A DNA stretch of 64,000 bases from contig JBDRRK010000012.1 of assembly GCA_043825775.1 (NCBI GenBank), positions 129,237 through 193,236 on the forward strand. Reading direction: 5' to 3'. The position numbers were made by a program, and so were the translations under genes. Every line of letters begins with the position of its first letter. Positions within the stretch are counted from its first letter, which is position 1. This DNA comes from an archaeon (GTDB lineage Archaea > Nanobdellota > Nanobdellia > SCGC-AAA011-G17 > GW2011-AR17). Shown one piece after another: positions 29,341-37,932 of this stretch. The notes beneath the pieces are model-generated. The model saw nothing but the letters and a program-made list of their open reading frames with translations, did not search any database and was not told the DNA's origin.

Positions 29341-29931
29341 TTAAACTTTGAGAATTTCTCCATCACCACCTGGGTTGATTATTAGTGTTTTACCTATAAC
29401 CTGCTTTGCTTTTGCATTTTCTTCAATGTGGCCACATATATATAATAGAGGTTTTAAGGTTTTAATTGCTTTATTATAAGAATTATTTCCTACATAATCT
29501 CCGTGTAATTCATCTAGTTTAGTTTTATATGGTGGACCATGAGTTATTAGTATTAGTTTGTCTCCTTTTTTTAATGTTTTTTTGAATAGGGCTATTCCTT
29601 GTTCAAATCTTTTATCTTGACGAGCAAATCCTCCTCCACCCCAACCAAAGAATACTCTATTTCCCATTCTAAAACTTTTTTTGTGTAGAAATCTAATGTT
29701 TTTGTATTTCTTGCAGAGTTTTTCAAGTTTTTCAGGATCTTCATGATTTCCATGAATCATTAAAATTATTTTTTCTATCTTTGCAAATGTTTTTAACATT
29801 CTATCTAAATCTTTTCCAAACCAAGTTAAGTCTCCTGCACAAACAAGAATATCTGCTTCTTTTGATTTTTTGATTATTGCTTTGTTATTTTTTTCTATGT
29901 TATGTGAGTCAACAAATGCTAGTATTTTCAT
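29341..29931 (-). CDS. calcineurin-like metallophosphoesterase
   Basis: D-x-H...GD...GNHE motifs (FVDSHN, CAGDL, HGNHE). Confidence 0.7.
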   Translation of the reverse strand: MKILAFVDSHNIEKNNKAIIKKSKEADILVCAGDLTWFGKDLDRMLKTFAKIEKIILMIHGNHEDPEKLEKLCKKYKNIRFLHKKSFRMGNRVFFGWGGGGFARQDKRFEQGIALFKKTLKKGDKLILITHGPPYKTKLDELHGDYVGNNSYNKAIKTLKPLLYICGHIEENAKAKQVIGKTLIINPGGDGEILKV

Positions 29932-29946
29932 GTTTTATATTTAGAA

Positions 29947-30777
29947 TTAGGGATTTAAAAGTGTATCTAATGGGCTTTTCACGTTGAGTAGTTTAGGAGT
30001 TGCTAAGTGAACATAGATCATTGTTGTTTTTGGACTTTCATGCCCTAGTAGGTTTTGTACTGTTTGTAAATCATAATTATTTTCAATTAAGTGTGTTGCA
30101 AATGAATGTCTTAATGTGTGAGGATGGACATTTTTTGTTAATTTTGCTTTTTTTGCTGCTTTTTTTATTATTACTTGTATTGTTCTTACTGAAATATGTT
30201 TTCTTTGTCCTTTGAATAGATAATTTTCAGGTTCTAGATTGTTTTCTTCTATATGTTGTTTTATTTTTTTATTTAGTTTTTTTGCGATTATGAACATTCT
30301 GTCTTTGTTGCCTTTTCCTTGTCTCACCCACCCAAAATTGTTTTTAAGTTCAAGGTGATTTACTTTTAATTTTGTTACTTCACTAACCCTTAATCCTGCT
30401 GAGTATAGAAGCTCAATCATTAGTTTATGTTTTTTGTTTTTTATTGCATTTAATAATAAGATTACTTCTTCTTGTGTTAATACTGTTGGTAGAATGTTTT
30501 TTGTTCTTGCTGGTTGTATTTCTAGTACATATTGTTTGTTTAGAATGTTTTTTAGTGTAAACTTTATTGCTTGCAATTGTAGATTTAATGTACTTTCAGA
30601 TATATTTGTTAGTGATAAGTTGTATAAATAATCTTTTATGTCTTTTTTTGTTATCTTTTTTGGTTCTTTTTGACATTTTTTAAGAAATTGTTTTATTGCA
30701 TAAGTATATGATTTAATTGTTTTAGGACTGTATTTTCTTCTTATCAATTCTTTTTGCATTTTATAGATTAAATCCAT
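29947..30777 (-). CDS. tyrosine site-specific recombinase (XerA/integrase family)
   Basis: C-terminal catalytic region HPHTLRHSFATHLIENNYDLQTVQNLLGHESPKTTMIYVHL with the R...HxxR...Y tetrad. Host-like AT-rich composition. Sits exactly at the core/accessory junction. Confidence 0.85.
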   Translation of the reverse strand: MDLIYKMQKELIRRKYSPKTIKSYTYAIKQFLKKCQKEPKKITKKDIKDYLYNLSLTNISESTLNLQLQAIKFTLKNILNKQYVLEIQPARTKNILPTVLTQEEVILLLNAIKNKKHKLMIELLYSAGLRVSEVTKLKVNHLELKNNFGWVRQGKGNKDRMFIIAKKLNKKIKQHIEENNLEPENYLFKGQRKHISVRTIQVIIKKAAKKAKLTKNVHPHTLRHSFATHLIENNYDLQTVQNLLGHESPKTTMIYVHLATPKLLNVKSPLDTLLNP

Positions 30778-31079
30778 ATTATTTATTATAAAAATAGTGT
30801 TAATAAGGTCTTATGTAGGAATTCCGGAAATCTTTCGGTAGTAACAGAAAATATAATTGTGAAGAGTTGTTTTTTGTGAGATAAAGGCTCCAGGGTGTGA
30901 ATTATGGAGACTTGCGTATATTAGGAGTTGTATACAATTAATTTTCTCCCTCCCTTTTCTTAAAATCCTTAAAATTTGAGAAATTATGGAGTTCAGTCTG
31001 TATCTTCTAAGTTATGGTCAACAGTCTATCTTTCCCACCCCGAAAATTAACTCTGCGTCGGCTCCGCCTCCTTGTCCTT

Positions 31080-31113
31080 CCCTTCGGTCAGGAGTATCCA
31101 ACATCGTTGGACG
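31080..31113. repeat. imperfect 34-bp direct repeat, copy 1 (contains palindrome TCCAAC-ATC-GTTGGA)
   Basis: cccttcggtcaggagtatccaacatcgttggacg, with a second copy at 31514-31547 (26/34 identical). A pyrimidine-rich ~25 bp upstream is also similar between the two copies. Confidence 0.6.
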
Positions 31114-31116
31114 AAA

Positions 31117-31130
31117 TAATAAACTGACCC
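31117..31130. repeat. 14-bp perfect inverted repeat, left arm (taataaactgaccc)
   Basis: Exact reverse complement of 31472-31485 (gggtcagtttatta). The two arms bracket the MazG-like gene. Confidence 0.7.
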
Positions 31131-31441
31131 TATTCAATTCCATCTAAATAGATTTTTTTAGAAAAAGTACCTCTTTCATAAGCTTTGTTTCTTCTAACTT
31201 CTTCTAATTCATTAATTGGAACACCATAGAAATCAGCTAATGCATACACAACTTCCATAACATCTGCCAATTCATTTATATCCTTTGCATCCCTAAGTTC
31301 AGCAATTTCCTCATCAAGTTTCCTCCAAAGTTCTGTTTCAAGTTCTGTATCATCCGCAAGAATATGTGTGAGGGGAGTTCTTCCACTTTCACTGATGATT
31401 TTTGGAATTCTATCTCTTACTAGTTTATTTGCCATAATCAA
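31130..31441 (-). CDS. MazG-like nucleotide pyrophosphohydrolase (all-alpha NTP-PPase)
   Basis: LVRDRIPKII ... EELADVMEVVYALA pattern of small MazG/HisE-like pyrophosphatases, at 103 aa. Confidence 0.6.
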   Translation of the reverse strand: MIMANKLVRDRIPKIISESGRTPLTHILADDTELETELWRKLDEEIAELRDAKDINELADVMEVVYALADFYGVPINELEEVRRNKAYERGTFSKKIYLDGIE

Positions 31442-31471
31442 AAGTTTAAAACTATATTTTATATGTCTTTC

Positions 31472-31485
31472 GGGTCAGTTTATTA
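31472..31485. repeat. 14-bp perfect inverted repeat, right arm
   Basis: gggtcagtttatta, partner of 31117-31130. Confidence 0.7.
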
Positions 31486-31513
31486 CTCTCCTTCACTTCG
31501 TTCAGTCGCCCTT

Positions 31514-31547
31514 CCTTTCAGTCAGGGTCGTCCAACACCGTTGGGCG
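31514..31547. repeat. imperfect 34-bp direct repeat, copy 2
   Basis: cctttcagtcagggtcgtccaacaccgttgggcg. Confidence 0.6.
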
Positions 31548-31561
31548 CAATTGGAAAATAA

Positions 31562-31774
31562 CTATCTTCTTATTCTTGGTCTCATTAATTCTTCGAGGTT
31601 GTCTTCAGCAAGTCCACGCAATATTGCACAAGTAGTTCTTCTTTTAGTAATATCTAACCTTCTTTTGTCTGAAACTACTTCTGGAACCACAGGATTTATA
31701 CCAGAATTTGCGGGTCTATAGCCAACCTCATAGTCACACAATTGCTCTTCTTTTGTAGAATAATCTGTTGTCAT
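31562..31774 (-). CDS. hypothetical small protein (internal-Met start of track ORF 31562..31957)
   Basis: The upstream part of the track ORF would run through the promoter element of the divergent gene, so the shorter MTTDYSTKEEQL... form is more plausible. Confidence 0.3.
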   Translation of the reverse strand: MTTDYSTKEEQLCDYEVGYRPANSGINPVVPEVVSDKRRLDITKRRTTCAILRGLAEDNLEELMRPRIRR

Positions 31775-31913
31775 GGGTTTAAGAAAGTCCTTGACATTAA
31801 TAATATTTGTTATTTTCCAACTGTCCAGTCGCTTCGCTCCTCGCCCAACACCCCTTTTACGACTTTTCTCGCCATAAAATATGGATTTTCTGAAAAAAAA
31901 TACCGCCTTAATA

Positions 31914-31938
31914 CACTGTCCGAAACCCGCCTTTAAAA
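31914..31938 (+). promoter_or_regulatory. archaeal BRE/TATA promoter, island family copy 1 (ccgaaacccgcctttaaaa)
   Basis: BRE-like CGAAA immediately 5' of an A/T-rich TATA box, ~35 nt upstream of ATG 31973. A GAGGAGG Shine-Dalgarno lies in between. Confidence 0.6.
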
Positions 31939-31972
31939 TGCGGAAAACACAGGACATGTGAGGAGGAAAAAG

Positions 31973-32356
31973 ATGAGAGGCACTGTTTATGACAAGATGA
32001 GGGTTTTGAAAGAAGGCCTGAAAAAGGAGTTCAAGTGGCTGAAAGATAGGGAGATGTTTGGGGCAATGTCAAAGCTAAGTTCATGGCATTACCCAAATAA
32101 AAGAACCAAGACAATGAAGCTGACAAATCAGGAGGCAATGATCTACGAGTTTCTGTTGAAGAACAACTATAATCCTTCAACCTGCTACAAGTGGATGCTT
32201 GCCTGCTGTACAAACGAGGATCTGCAGAAAAAGCTGATGAAAGGAGAAATCAGCATGAAGAAAGCAATACAGCAACCTTATGGCAAACTCTCGCAGACAG
32301 AGCAGGAATTCTTGTACCAGATAAAATTATGCATTAAAAAATATGTAATAAGGTGA
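31973..32356 (+). CDS. hypothetical protein (first gene of the integrase operon; track ORF starts at GTG 31958)
   Basis: The ATG at 31973 is preceded by GAGGAGG. Visibly G+C-richer codon usage than the host genes. Confidence 0.45.
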   Translation: MRGTVYDKMRVLKEGLKKEFKWLKDREMFGAMSKLSSWHYPNKRTKTMKLTNQEAMIYEFLLKNNYNPSTCYKWMLACCTNEDLQKKLMKGEISMKKAIQQPYGKLSQTEQEFLYQIKLCIKKYVIR

Positions 32357-33183
32357 TAAACATGAAAACAAAATATGCACAGGACAGAGGGGAGAACAAG
32401 CCCTTTACTTGTTCAAAGAAAAAGCTTCCCTATGTTCCCACAAGGGAGGAAATCTTGAAACTATTGGCTTATGCAGATGATGTTAGATTGGGATTTTCAA
32501 TATTTGTCAGTGTTTTTCAAGGTTTACGAATTGGGGAAACTGCGAAATTAAAATGGAGCAATGTTGACTTAATTAATGGCGAAATAAGAATTATTGATGG
32601 AAAAAATACAAGAAGGTATAAGTCAGGCTATGGAAAAGACAGGATAGTTCCGATAAATGAGATGTTCTTGTATATATGGAAGGCTTGGAGATTAATGAAT
32701 CCAGATCAGGAGTATGTTCTTCCAAGTGATGATAGGTTTGGAGTAAGGGCTGATTACAAGAATATAGTTAGACAGATACAGAAGAAATTGTTTAGTTCCC
32801 TGAAAAAAGCTGAATTGTTACAAGTTGATTATTATCAAAAGGATGGCAAGCCAAGATACAGATATCACACGCATTCTTTTAGGCATGTTTGTGGCACTAA
32901 CTTAAGAAGAGCTGGAATGAGGATTGAGGATATTCGAGATTTTCTTGGGCATGATGACATTGATACGACACAGGTTTACACTGAATTAACTAAAGATGAT
33001 CTAAGAGAAGTAAGCCATACTGCTTATGCTTATCCTAAAAGCAGTTTAGGATTACCTAAAGTGGAGATAAGTGTTGACAAGGAAACCTTGCTTTTACAGA
33101 GAGAGATTATTGAGAAGCAGTTGGAATTGGCAAAAATGCAGATGATTGGAAAAAGGGAGGTTGAAATCTATGCGGATATGTAA
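32353..33183 (+). CDS. tyrosine recombinase / integrase (second copy)
   Basis: HTHSFRHVCGTNLRRAGMRIEDIRDFLGHDDIDTTQVYTEL catalytic region. Overlaps the upstream ORF by 4 nt. Confidence 0.85.
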   Translation: MINMKTKYAQDRGENKPFTCSKKKLPYVPTREEILKLLAYADDVRLGFSIFVSVFQGLRIGETAKLKWSNVDLINGEIRIIDGKNTRRYKSGYGKDRIVPINEMFLYIWKAWRLMNPDQEYVLPSDDRFGVRADYKNIVRQIQKKLFSSLKKAELLQVDYYQKDGKPRYRYHTHSFRHVCGTNLRRAGMRIEDIRDFLGHDDIDTTQVYTELTKDDLREVSHTAYAYPKSSLGLPKVEISVDKETLLLQREIIEKQLELAKMQMIGKREVEIYADM

Positions 33184-33475
33184 CAACAAAAGGTATGAAA
33201 ATGAATTTGTCAAGAAGATGATTGATGAAGGACATCATTGTGAGAGAGTAGCTGGTAGTGGTTCAGGTAGAAATGCAGTTTGTGATTGTGTTTTATTTAA
33301 GGAAGGCAAGGTGTACTTAGTTGAGGTCAAGGCAACAAAAGAGAAAAAATTCTATTTTAGGGCTGGAATTAAACAGCAGTTGGACATTATGTCGAATATT
33401 GCAAGAAAGTCGAACGTTGGGGCTTTATTGGCCATCAAATTCAAACACAGAGGCTGGGAGATCATGGAATTATGA
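33170..33475 (+). CDS. Hjc-like Holliday junction resolvase (PD-(D/E)xK)
   Basis: E-x(n)-D-x(n)-EVK arrangement: HCERVAGSGSG ... DCVLFKEGKVYLVEVKATKE. Small size (~100 aa) matches archaeal Hjc/Hje. Confidence 0.55.
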   Translation: MRICNNKRYENEFVKKMIDEGHHCERVAGSGSGRNAVCDCVLFKEGKVYLVEVKATKEKKFYFRAGIKQQLDIMSNIARKSNVGALLAIKFKHRGWEIMEL

Positions 33476-33933
33476 AGATTCGTGATAGATTATTGGAGCT
33501 TTTGCAGGATTCTCCCCTGACTACAAAGGAAATACAGACAAATATTCCAGACAAGAGTAACAGGGTTTTAGCAGCAACTGTTAGCAATAATCCTGAGGTG
33601 TTTATTAGATTGGAGATGGGATTGGTTGGGTTGAAGAATAGGGATGAGCATTTGGTTACAGGGAAGAAGATAAGGCACGATAAATATTGTTTGTATAAGA
33701 AAATAGCTAATTTGTTAATTGAAAGGGAGAGAAGATTGGAAGAGTTGTATGATGCTCTTCCTGATGAGAAGATGGTTTCTATTAGGGCAAGTGTTACTCA
33801 GCATCCTGAATTGTTTTTTAGAATTGAACCTGGTGTTATTGGTAGAAGAGGAAGGGATGAGTATTTAATTGAGAAGTATAGGAGAGCAAGGAATTCTACT
33901 AAGATTCGTAGACCTAGGTTGGTGAATAGGTAA
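33472..33933 (+). CDS. protein with two tandem ~50-aa repeat domains (winged-helix-like)
   Basis: Internal duplication: LTTKEIQTNIPDKSNRVLAATVSNNPEVFIRLEMGLVGLKNRDEHL and LPDEKMVSIRASVTQHPELFFRIEPGVIGRRGRDEYL. Confidence 0.4.
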   Translation: MKIRDRLLELLQDSPLTTKEIQTNIPDKSNRVLAATVSNNPEVFIRLEMGLVGLKNRDEHLVTGKKIRHDKYCLYKKIANLLIERERRLEELYDALPDEKMVSIRASVTQHPELFFRIEPGVIGRRGRDEYLIEKYRRARNSTKIRRPRLVNR

Positions 33934-34689
33934 TTATTTTTTAGCTTGTTTCCATAAACTATCAAATAATTCCTTAAACTGTTGTGAATATGAAATATTT
34001 TCTATAAATATACAATTAGGTTCATCGAAATTGAATAAGAGTGTTATGTTGCCACAAACCATAAAATTGGATTTATCAGTTCCTTTGTGGTATCTGTATT
34101 CTTTATCATAGTTTTTGAAACTTTTTCCTTTCCTTTTTTCCTTTCCTTCCTTTGTAATAGAAGTCATGATAACTTTGGTTTTAATCCCTTTCTTTTTTGT
34201 AAGATCCATATATTTAGGCCATAAAAGTACAATATCTCTTTCTTTGCTATCATTTGCCCCATAAAGGTAGATTATTGACTTTTTATCTAATTGTTCTATG
34301 AAACTAAATAAAGCACTTCTGATTCCTTCAATACTTTCATAGACTTTCACATTACAAGATTCTTTTTTTGAATTAAATTCTTCTTCCAATTCAGGTAATT
34401 GTTTGAGGAAGGCACTTTCTTCTTGTTCAATACTAAGCTTTTTTTGTTTGATATAATCAGATATCTTTTTTGGATTTTGGGGAATATAATATTTTATATT
34501 ATTTTTAATAACAAAAGAGATTATTCCTTTGTTTGTTAACGAATCTAGAACTTGGTATATTTTGCCTGATTTAAATTTGGATTCTTTGATTATTTTACTT
34601 ACTTTTGATTCTCCTATCTTGATTAATGTAAGATAGATTATTGCTTCATTTCTTGTTAATCCAAATTTCATTAAAATTTCAGGTTTCAT
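33934..34689 (-). CDS. TrmB-family transcriptional regulator
   Basis: N-terminal HTH (LTRNEAIIYLTLIKIGESKVSKI) plus a C-terminal domain. Paralog of 36674-37429. Confidence 0.6.
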   Translation of the reverse strand: MKPEILMKFGLTRNEAIIYLTLIKIGESKVSKIIKESKFKSGKIYQVLDSLTNKGIISFVIKNNIKYYIPQNPKKISDYIKQKKLSIEQEESAFLKQLPELEEEFNSKKESCNVKVYESIEGIRSALFSFIEQLDKKSIIYLYGANDSKERDIVLLWPKYMDLTKKKGIKTKVIMTSITKEGKEKRKGKSFKNYDKEYRYHKGTDKSNFMVCGNITLLFNFDEPNCIFIENISYSQQFKELFDSLWKQAKK

Positions 34690-34784
34690 ATAATTTAGAA
34701 ATATTTTGTCATATATAAATGTTACTTTTACACTCCCCTTGAGGGGGTTTAATATTTATATAGTAATCAAAAAAGCTAATCTAT

Positions 34785-35306
34785 ATGAGAATGAGAATCG
34801 GAGAATTTGGGATAAGATATGATAGGTATAATAGAAGATATCTTGATTTTAGAGCAGATGATGTTGCTAATGATTTGATAAGATTACAACGTCTTATTCC
34901 TGAATTTAAGGATCCTCGTTCAGAAGAAGAATTATTAGATAGGTTAAGTTTAAGGTACATAAGAAGAGCTGATCTGGTAACAGCACAAGATGGTAGGGGA
35001 TTAGGACAAGATATTGGTTTTCTTTTTTCATACTCTTTTTCTGATTCTGATACTTATCTATGGTTGGGAGGAGTTGTTCCAGAGCATAGGAATAATGGTT
35101 TGATGTCAGCAATGATAGATTTTACACAAATTATTAATCCAAAAAGTTATATGAAAGTAAAGACCTACTCTGAATTTGTTAATATGCGACGATTACTTGA
35201 GGAAGAAAAATGCTTTGATCTCTTGAAAGAATCTGAGGAAAAAGATGGGAGAGTAAGTATGGAATATGTTGCTCGTTTTACTCATAATATGTTATTAGAA
35301 GAATGA
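34785..35306 (+). CDS. GNAT-like acetyltransferase (tentative)
   Basis: WLGGVVPEHRNNGLMSAMI resembles GNAT motif A. Confidence 0.35.
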   Translation: MRMRIGEFGIRYDRYNRRYLDFRADDVANDLIRLQRLIPEFKDPRSEEELLDRLSLRYIRRADLVTAQDGRGLGQDIGFLFSYSFSDSDTYLWLGGVVPEHRNNGLMSAMIDFTQIINPKSYMKVKTYSEFVNMRRLLEEEKCFDLLKESEEKDGRVSMEYVARFTHNMLLEE

Positions 35307-35702
35307 TTATTCAATTGTAACAGGAAAACCAACTTCTTTAAGAGCCTCTACAGCAATTTCAAATTTTTCTTCCCTAATCATTATATAATCTCTTGAAAAT
35401 GTTGAAACAACAAGTATATTTAATCCTTTATCAGCAATAGTTTTAGATATTTTTGCTAAGAATCCGGGTGCGAGAAAAGGAATAGAAACCTTAATCTCAA
35501 AAAGCTTGAACCATTTTACATCTTTTTCATATTTGGTATTCTTGAGATTTCCTTCTTCTGTTACAATAGTAGTTTCTGTTTCATCTTTACATATAAGAAA
35601 GTGATTTTTTATTTCAGTTTCTTCTCCTTGTAAATAAGCATATCTTCCTTTATGAACAATTACTGGACTTGCTTTTATTACTTCGTCTAATGTTGGTTCC
35701 AT
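35307..35702 (-). CDS. ACT-domain-like small protein (tentative)
   Basis: C-terminal bab-fold-like segment GFLAKISKTIADKGLNILVVSTF. Confidence 0.3.
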   Translation of the reverse strand: MEPTLDEVIKASPVIVHKGRYAYLQGEETEIKNHFLICKDETETTIVTEEGNLKNTKYEKDVKWFKLFEIKVSIPFLAPGFLAKISKTIADKGLNILVVSTFSRDYIMIREEKFEIAVEALKEVGFPVTIE

Positions 35703-35742
35703 AGAAAAAATAAAATTGTTCTATATTAAATAGTTTACTAAT

Positions 35743-36108
35743 CTATTTCTCTTTAAATTTAGAATTCTTACTAACAAACTTTCTAACACTTTTTTCAATT
35801 TTCTCATTCATATAACCAATAACAAAGACCTTTTTACTTCCAAAAATTATATCAATATTACAACCATCACAGCTAAAGTTATACCTTTCATCTACAATTT
35901 TTTTAACATCCTTTTCTTCAAGCTCTTTTTCAGCGTCTTTAACAGATGGATTCCATTTTTTGTAAACCATTTCATCTAAATGCTCAAGAAAGACATATGA
36001 AATTCCATGAATAAATTTATGTAAAAATTGTAAAATATCTTGATTTTTTTCAAATACAAAATAGGAATATCCATCTCTGTTTCCAATTGATGTAATTATT
36101 ACTGCCAT
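35743..36108 (-). CDS. hypothetical protein
   Basis: ORF only. Confidence 0.3.
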   Translation of the reverse strand: MAVIITSIGNRDGYSYFVFEKNQDILQFLHKFIHGISYVFLEHLDEMVYKKWNPSVKDAEKELEEKDVKKIVDERYNFSCDGCNIDIIFGSKKVFVIGYMNEKIEKSVRKFVSKNSKFKEK

Positions 36109-36187
36109 TTAATAAGGTAAAATCTTTGAATTTAATAGTTTTTCTCTTAAGTAAAACTTATAAAACCAAAGAAATATTCCCTTTTTT

Positions 36188-36418
36188 ATGAAAAACGAAG
36201 AAAGACCTCATTATTGTTCTGCTTGTGATTTATATGCTATTTCAGAAAGATGTTTTTTATATAGTGTAGAACAGGCAGATCCATTAATTGCTAGAGAAAT
36301 TACATCTATAACAATTGAACAAAGATGTGATGTTGTAAAAGCTCAGATTAAAAGGCAGATAAATTTAAGAGGAATATGTTTAGGTAATAATCCAGATGGT
36401 TCTTTAGAATGGTTATAG
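36188..36418 (+). CDS. hypothetical small Cys-containing protein
   Basis: ORF only. Confidence 0.25.
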   Translation: MKNEERPHYCSACDLYAISERCFLYSVEQADPLIAREITSITIEQRCDVVKAQIKRQINLRGICLGNNPDGSLEWL

Positions 36419-36673
36419 ATTTATGAATATTATTTCTAATTATAACTTAAACCTAGTAAGATATTCTCTAATATTATCCAATTCCTGCTGAATAGCTTCC
36501 CCTTCGGTTTTCTTTCCTTCTTTAATCTCTTTAAGCAAATCTTCATAACATGATTCTACAAATATCAATAATCCATTTATTGCTTTTTGACTAAATCCTG
36601 ATGGTGGCATTTTGTTTACTCCTATAATATATTTAAACCGAAAGCCTTTTATATATTATCTCCCCTGTATGGG

Positions 36674-37429
36674 GTGTATATGTATAAAGAAAAACTACAA
36701 GAATTAGGATTAACTCAAGGAGAGGCAAAGGTTTATGAGGCTTTATTAGTCTTAGGTCCTTCAACAGTTGGTCCGATTGTTAAGAAATCTAGTGTTGCTT
36801 ATTCAAATATCTATGAAATCCTTAACAGACTATTGGATAAAGGTTTAGTCAGTTTTATTGTAAAGGAAAAAACAAAATACTTTCAAGCTGAGGATATCAA
36901 TAGGATTAATGATTATTTAATTGCTCAAGAAAAAGAATTAAATGCACGAAAGCAAACTTTTAATGAACTTCAACCCAAATTAGAGAAATTAAAAGGAGCA
37001 GATAAAAAGAAAGAAGAAGCAGAGGTCTTTATTGGTGAAAAAGGACTTATGACAGCTTATGAGAAACTAATGAAAGGTTCTAATAAAAAAGATCAAGGTT
37101 ACTTTTTTTATGTTCATGATGTAGAGTATTATGAAAGAGCTGAGAAATTTTATATTAAATCTTGGCACATTCTTAGGGAATATAAAAACAAATGGAAAGG
37201 AATAAGCACTGAAGATTTTAAGAAAACTAAATTAGCTAAAAAATATCCTCCTTTTGTTAATCAAAGATATGTTTCTTTTCCTGTTCCAAGTAATATTGAT
37301 TTTATTGGAGATAAAGTTTTGATTACAACATGGAAAGAAAATCCAGTTGGGATATTAATTCATTCTAAGGAGATAGTAGAAAGTTATAAGTCTTACTTTG
37401 ATTCTGTTTGGAAGTTGGCTAAAAAATAA
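36674..37429 (+). CDS. TrmB-family transcriptional regulator (paralog)
   Basis: LTQGEAKVYEALLVLGPSTVGPI HTH. Same 251-aa length and conserved C-terminal ...SVWKLAKK as 33934-34689. Confidence 0.6.
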   Translation: MYMYKEKLQELGLTQGEAKVYEALLVLGPSTVGPIVKKSSVAYSNIYEILNRLLDKGLVSFIVKEKTKYFQAEDINRINDYLIAQEKELNARKQTFNELQPKLEKLKGADKKKEEAEVFIGEKGLMTAYEKLMKGSNKKDQGYFFYVHDVEYYERAEKFYIKSWHILREYKNKWKGISTEDFKKTKLAKKYPPFVNQRYVSFPVPSNIDFIGDKVLITTWKENPVGILIHSKEIVESYKSYFDSVWKLAKK

Positions 37430-37834
37430 TCATAACTTAACTTCTTTCCACCAATCATAATAAGGTAATAACTCCTTTAACTTTACAGTTTTATTTTTGT
37501 CTAATATAATCTCTGTGTTAAGATTGCTTTCATCTGTTTCTTTAATTAATTGTCTGCAATTACCACAAGGAGGAATTACAAATATTTTGCCTTTCTCATC
37601 TTTCCAAACAGCAACTATTTTTTTGATTTTATATTCTCCCTTTGTAATCATTGAACCAATTGCAATTTTTTCAGCACAGAAAACATTTGAACCTATATCC
37701 AAGCAAGTACCAAGATAAATTTTTCCTTTAGCAGAAACCAAAGCACAACCTACATCTGCAAACAGTCCCTCTTTTGTTTTCTTGGCTTTGATTACAGATG
37801 CTGCTTTTTTGATTAAGTTCAGATTGGTTATCAT
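37430..37834 (-). CDS. cdd: cytidine deaminase
   Basis: CAEKIAI ... PCGNCRQLI zinc-binding motifs (H/C-A-E ... PCxxC). Confidence 0.8.
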   Translation of the reverse strand: MITNLNLIKKAASVIKAKKTKEGLFADVGCALVSAKGKIYLGTCLDIGSNVFCAEKIAIGSMITKGEYKIKKIVAVWKDEKGKIFVIPPCGNCRQLIKETDESNLNTEIILDKNKTVKLKELLPYYDWWKEVKL

Positions 37835-37885
37835 AATTATTTAAGAGTTTAGCCATTTAAATCTTTTTCGTAACACCACATTAAT

Positions 37886-37910
37886 ACCTTTACCGAATCC
37901 CGCCTTTTAA
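37886..37910 (+). promoter_or_regulatory. archaeal BRE/TATA promoter, island family copy 2 (tacctttaccgaatcccgccttttaa)
   Basis: Lies ~25 nt upstream of ATG 37933 and shares the tacctt..ccgaa.cc.gc..ttta core with the copies at 43297 and 47452. Confidence 0.6.
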
Positions 37911-37932
37911 CCAAAGTAAGCACAGTGCTTAT

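Noticed and set aside
31562-31957. Full-length 131-aa minus-strand ORF
   Set aside because: Its N-terminal third would be translated across the conserved BRE/TATA promoter of the divergent operon and is Gly/Arg/Lys low-complexity. Only the C-terminal ~70 aa from the internal Met are plausible.
36442-36615. 57-aa minus-strand ORF (MPPSGFSQKAINGLLIFVESCYEDLLKEIKEG...) in the gap upstream of the second TrmB gene
   Set aside because: No recognisable motif and below the size cutoff. Could be real but there is not enough support to call it.
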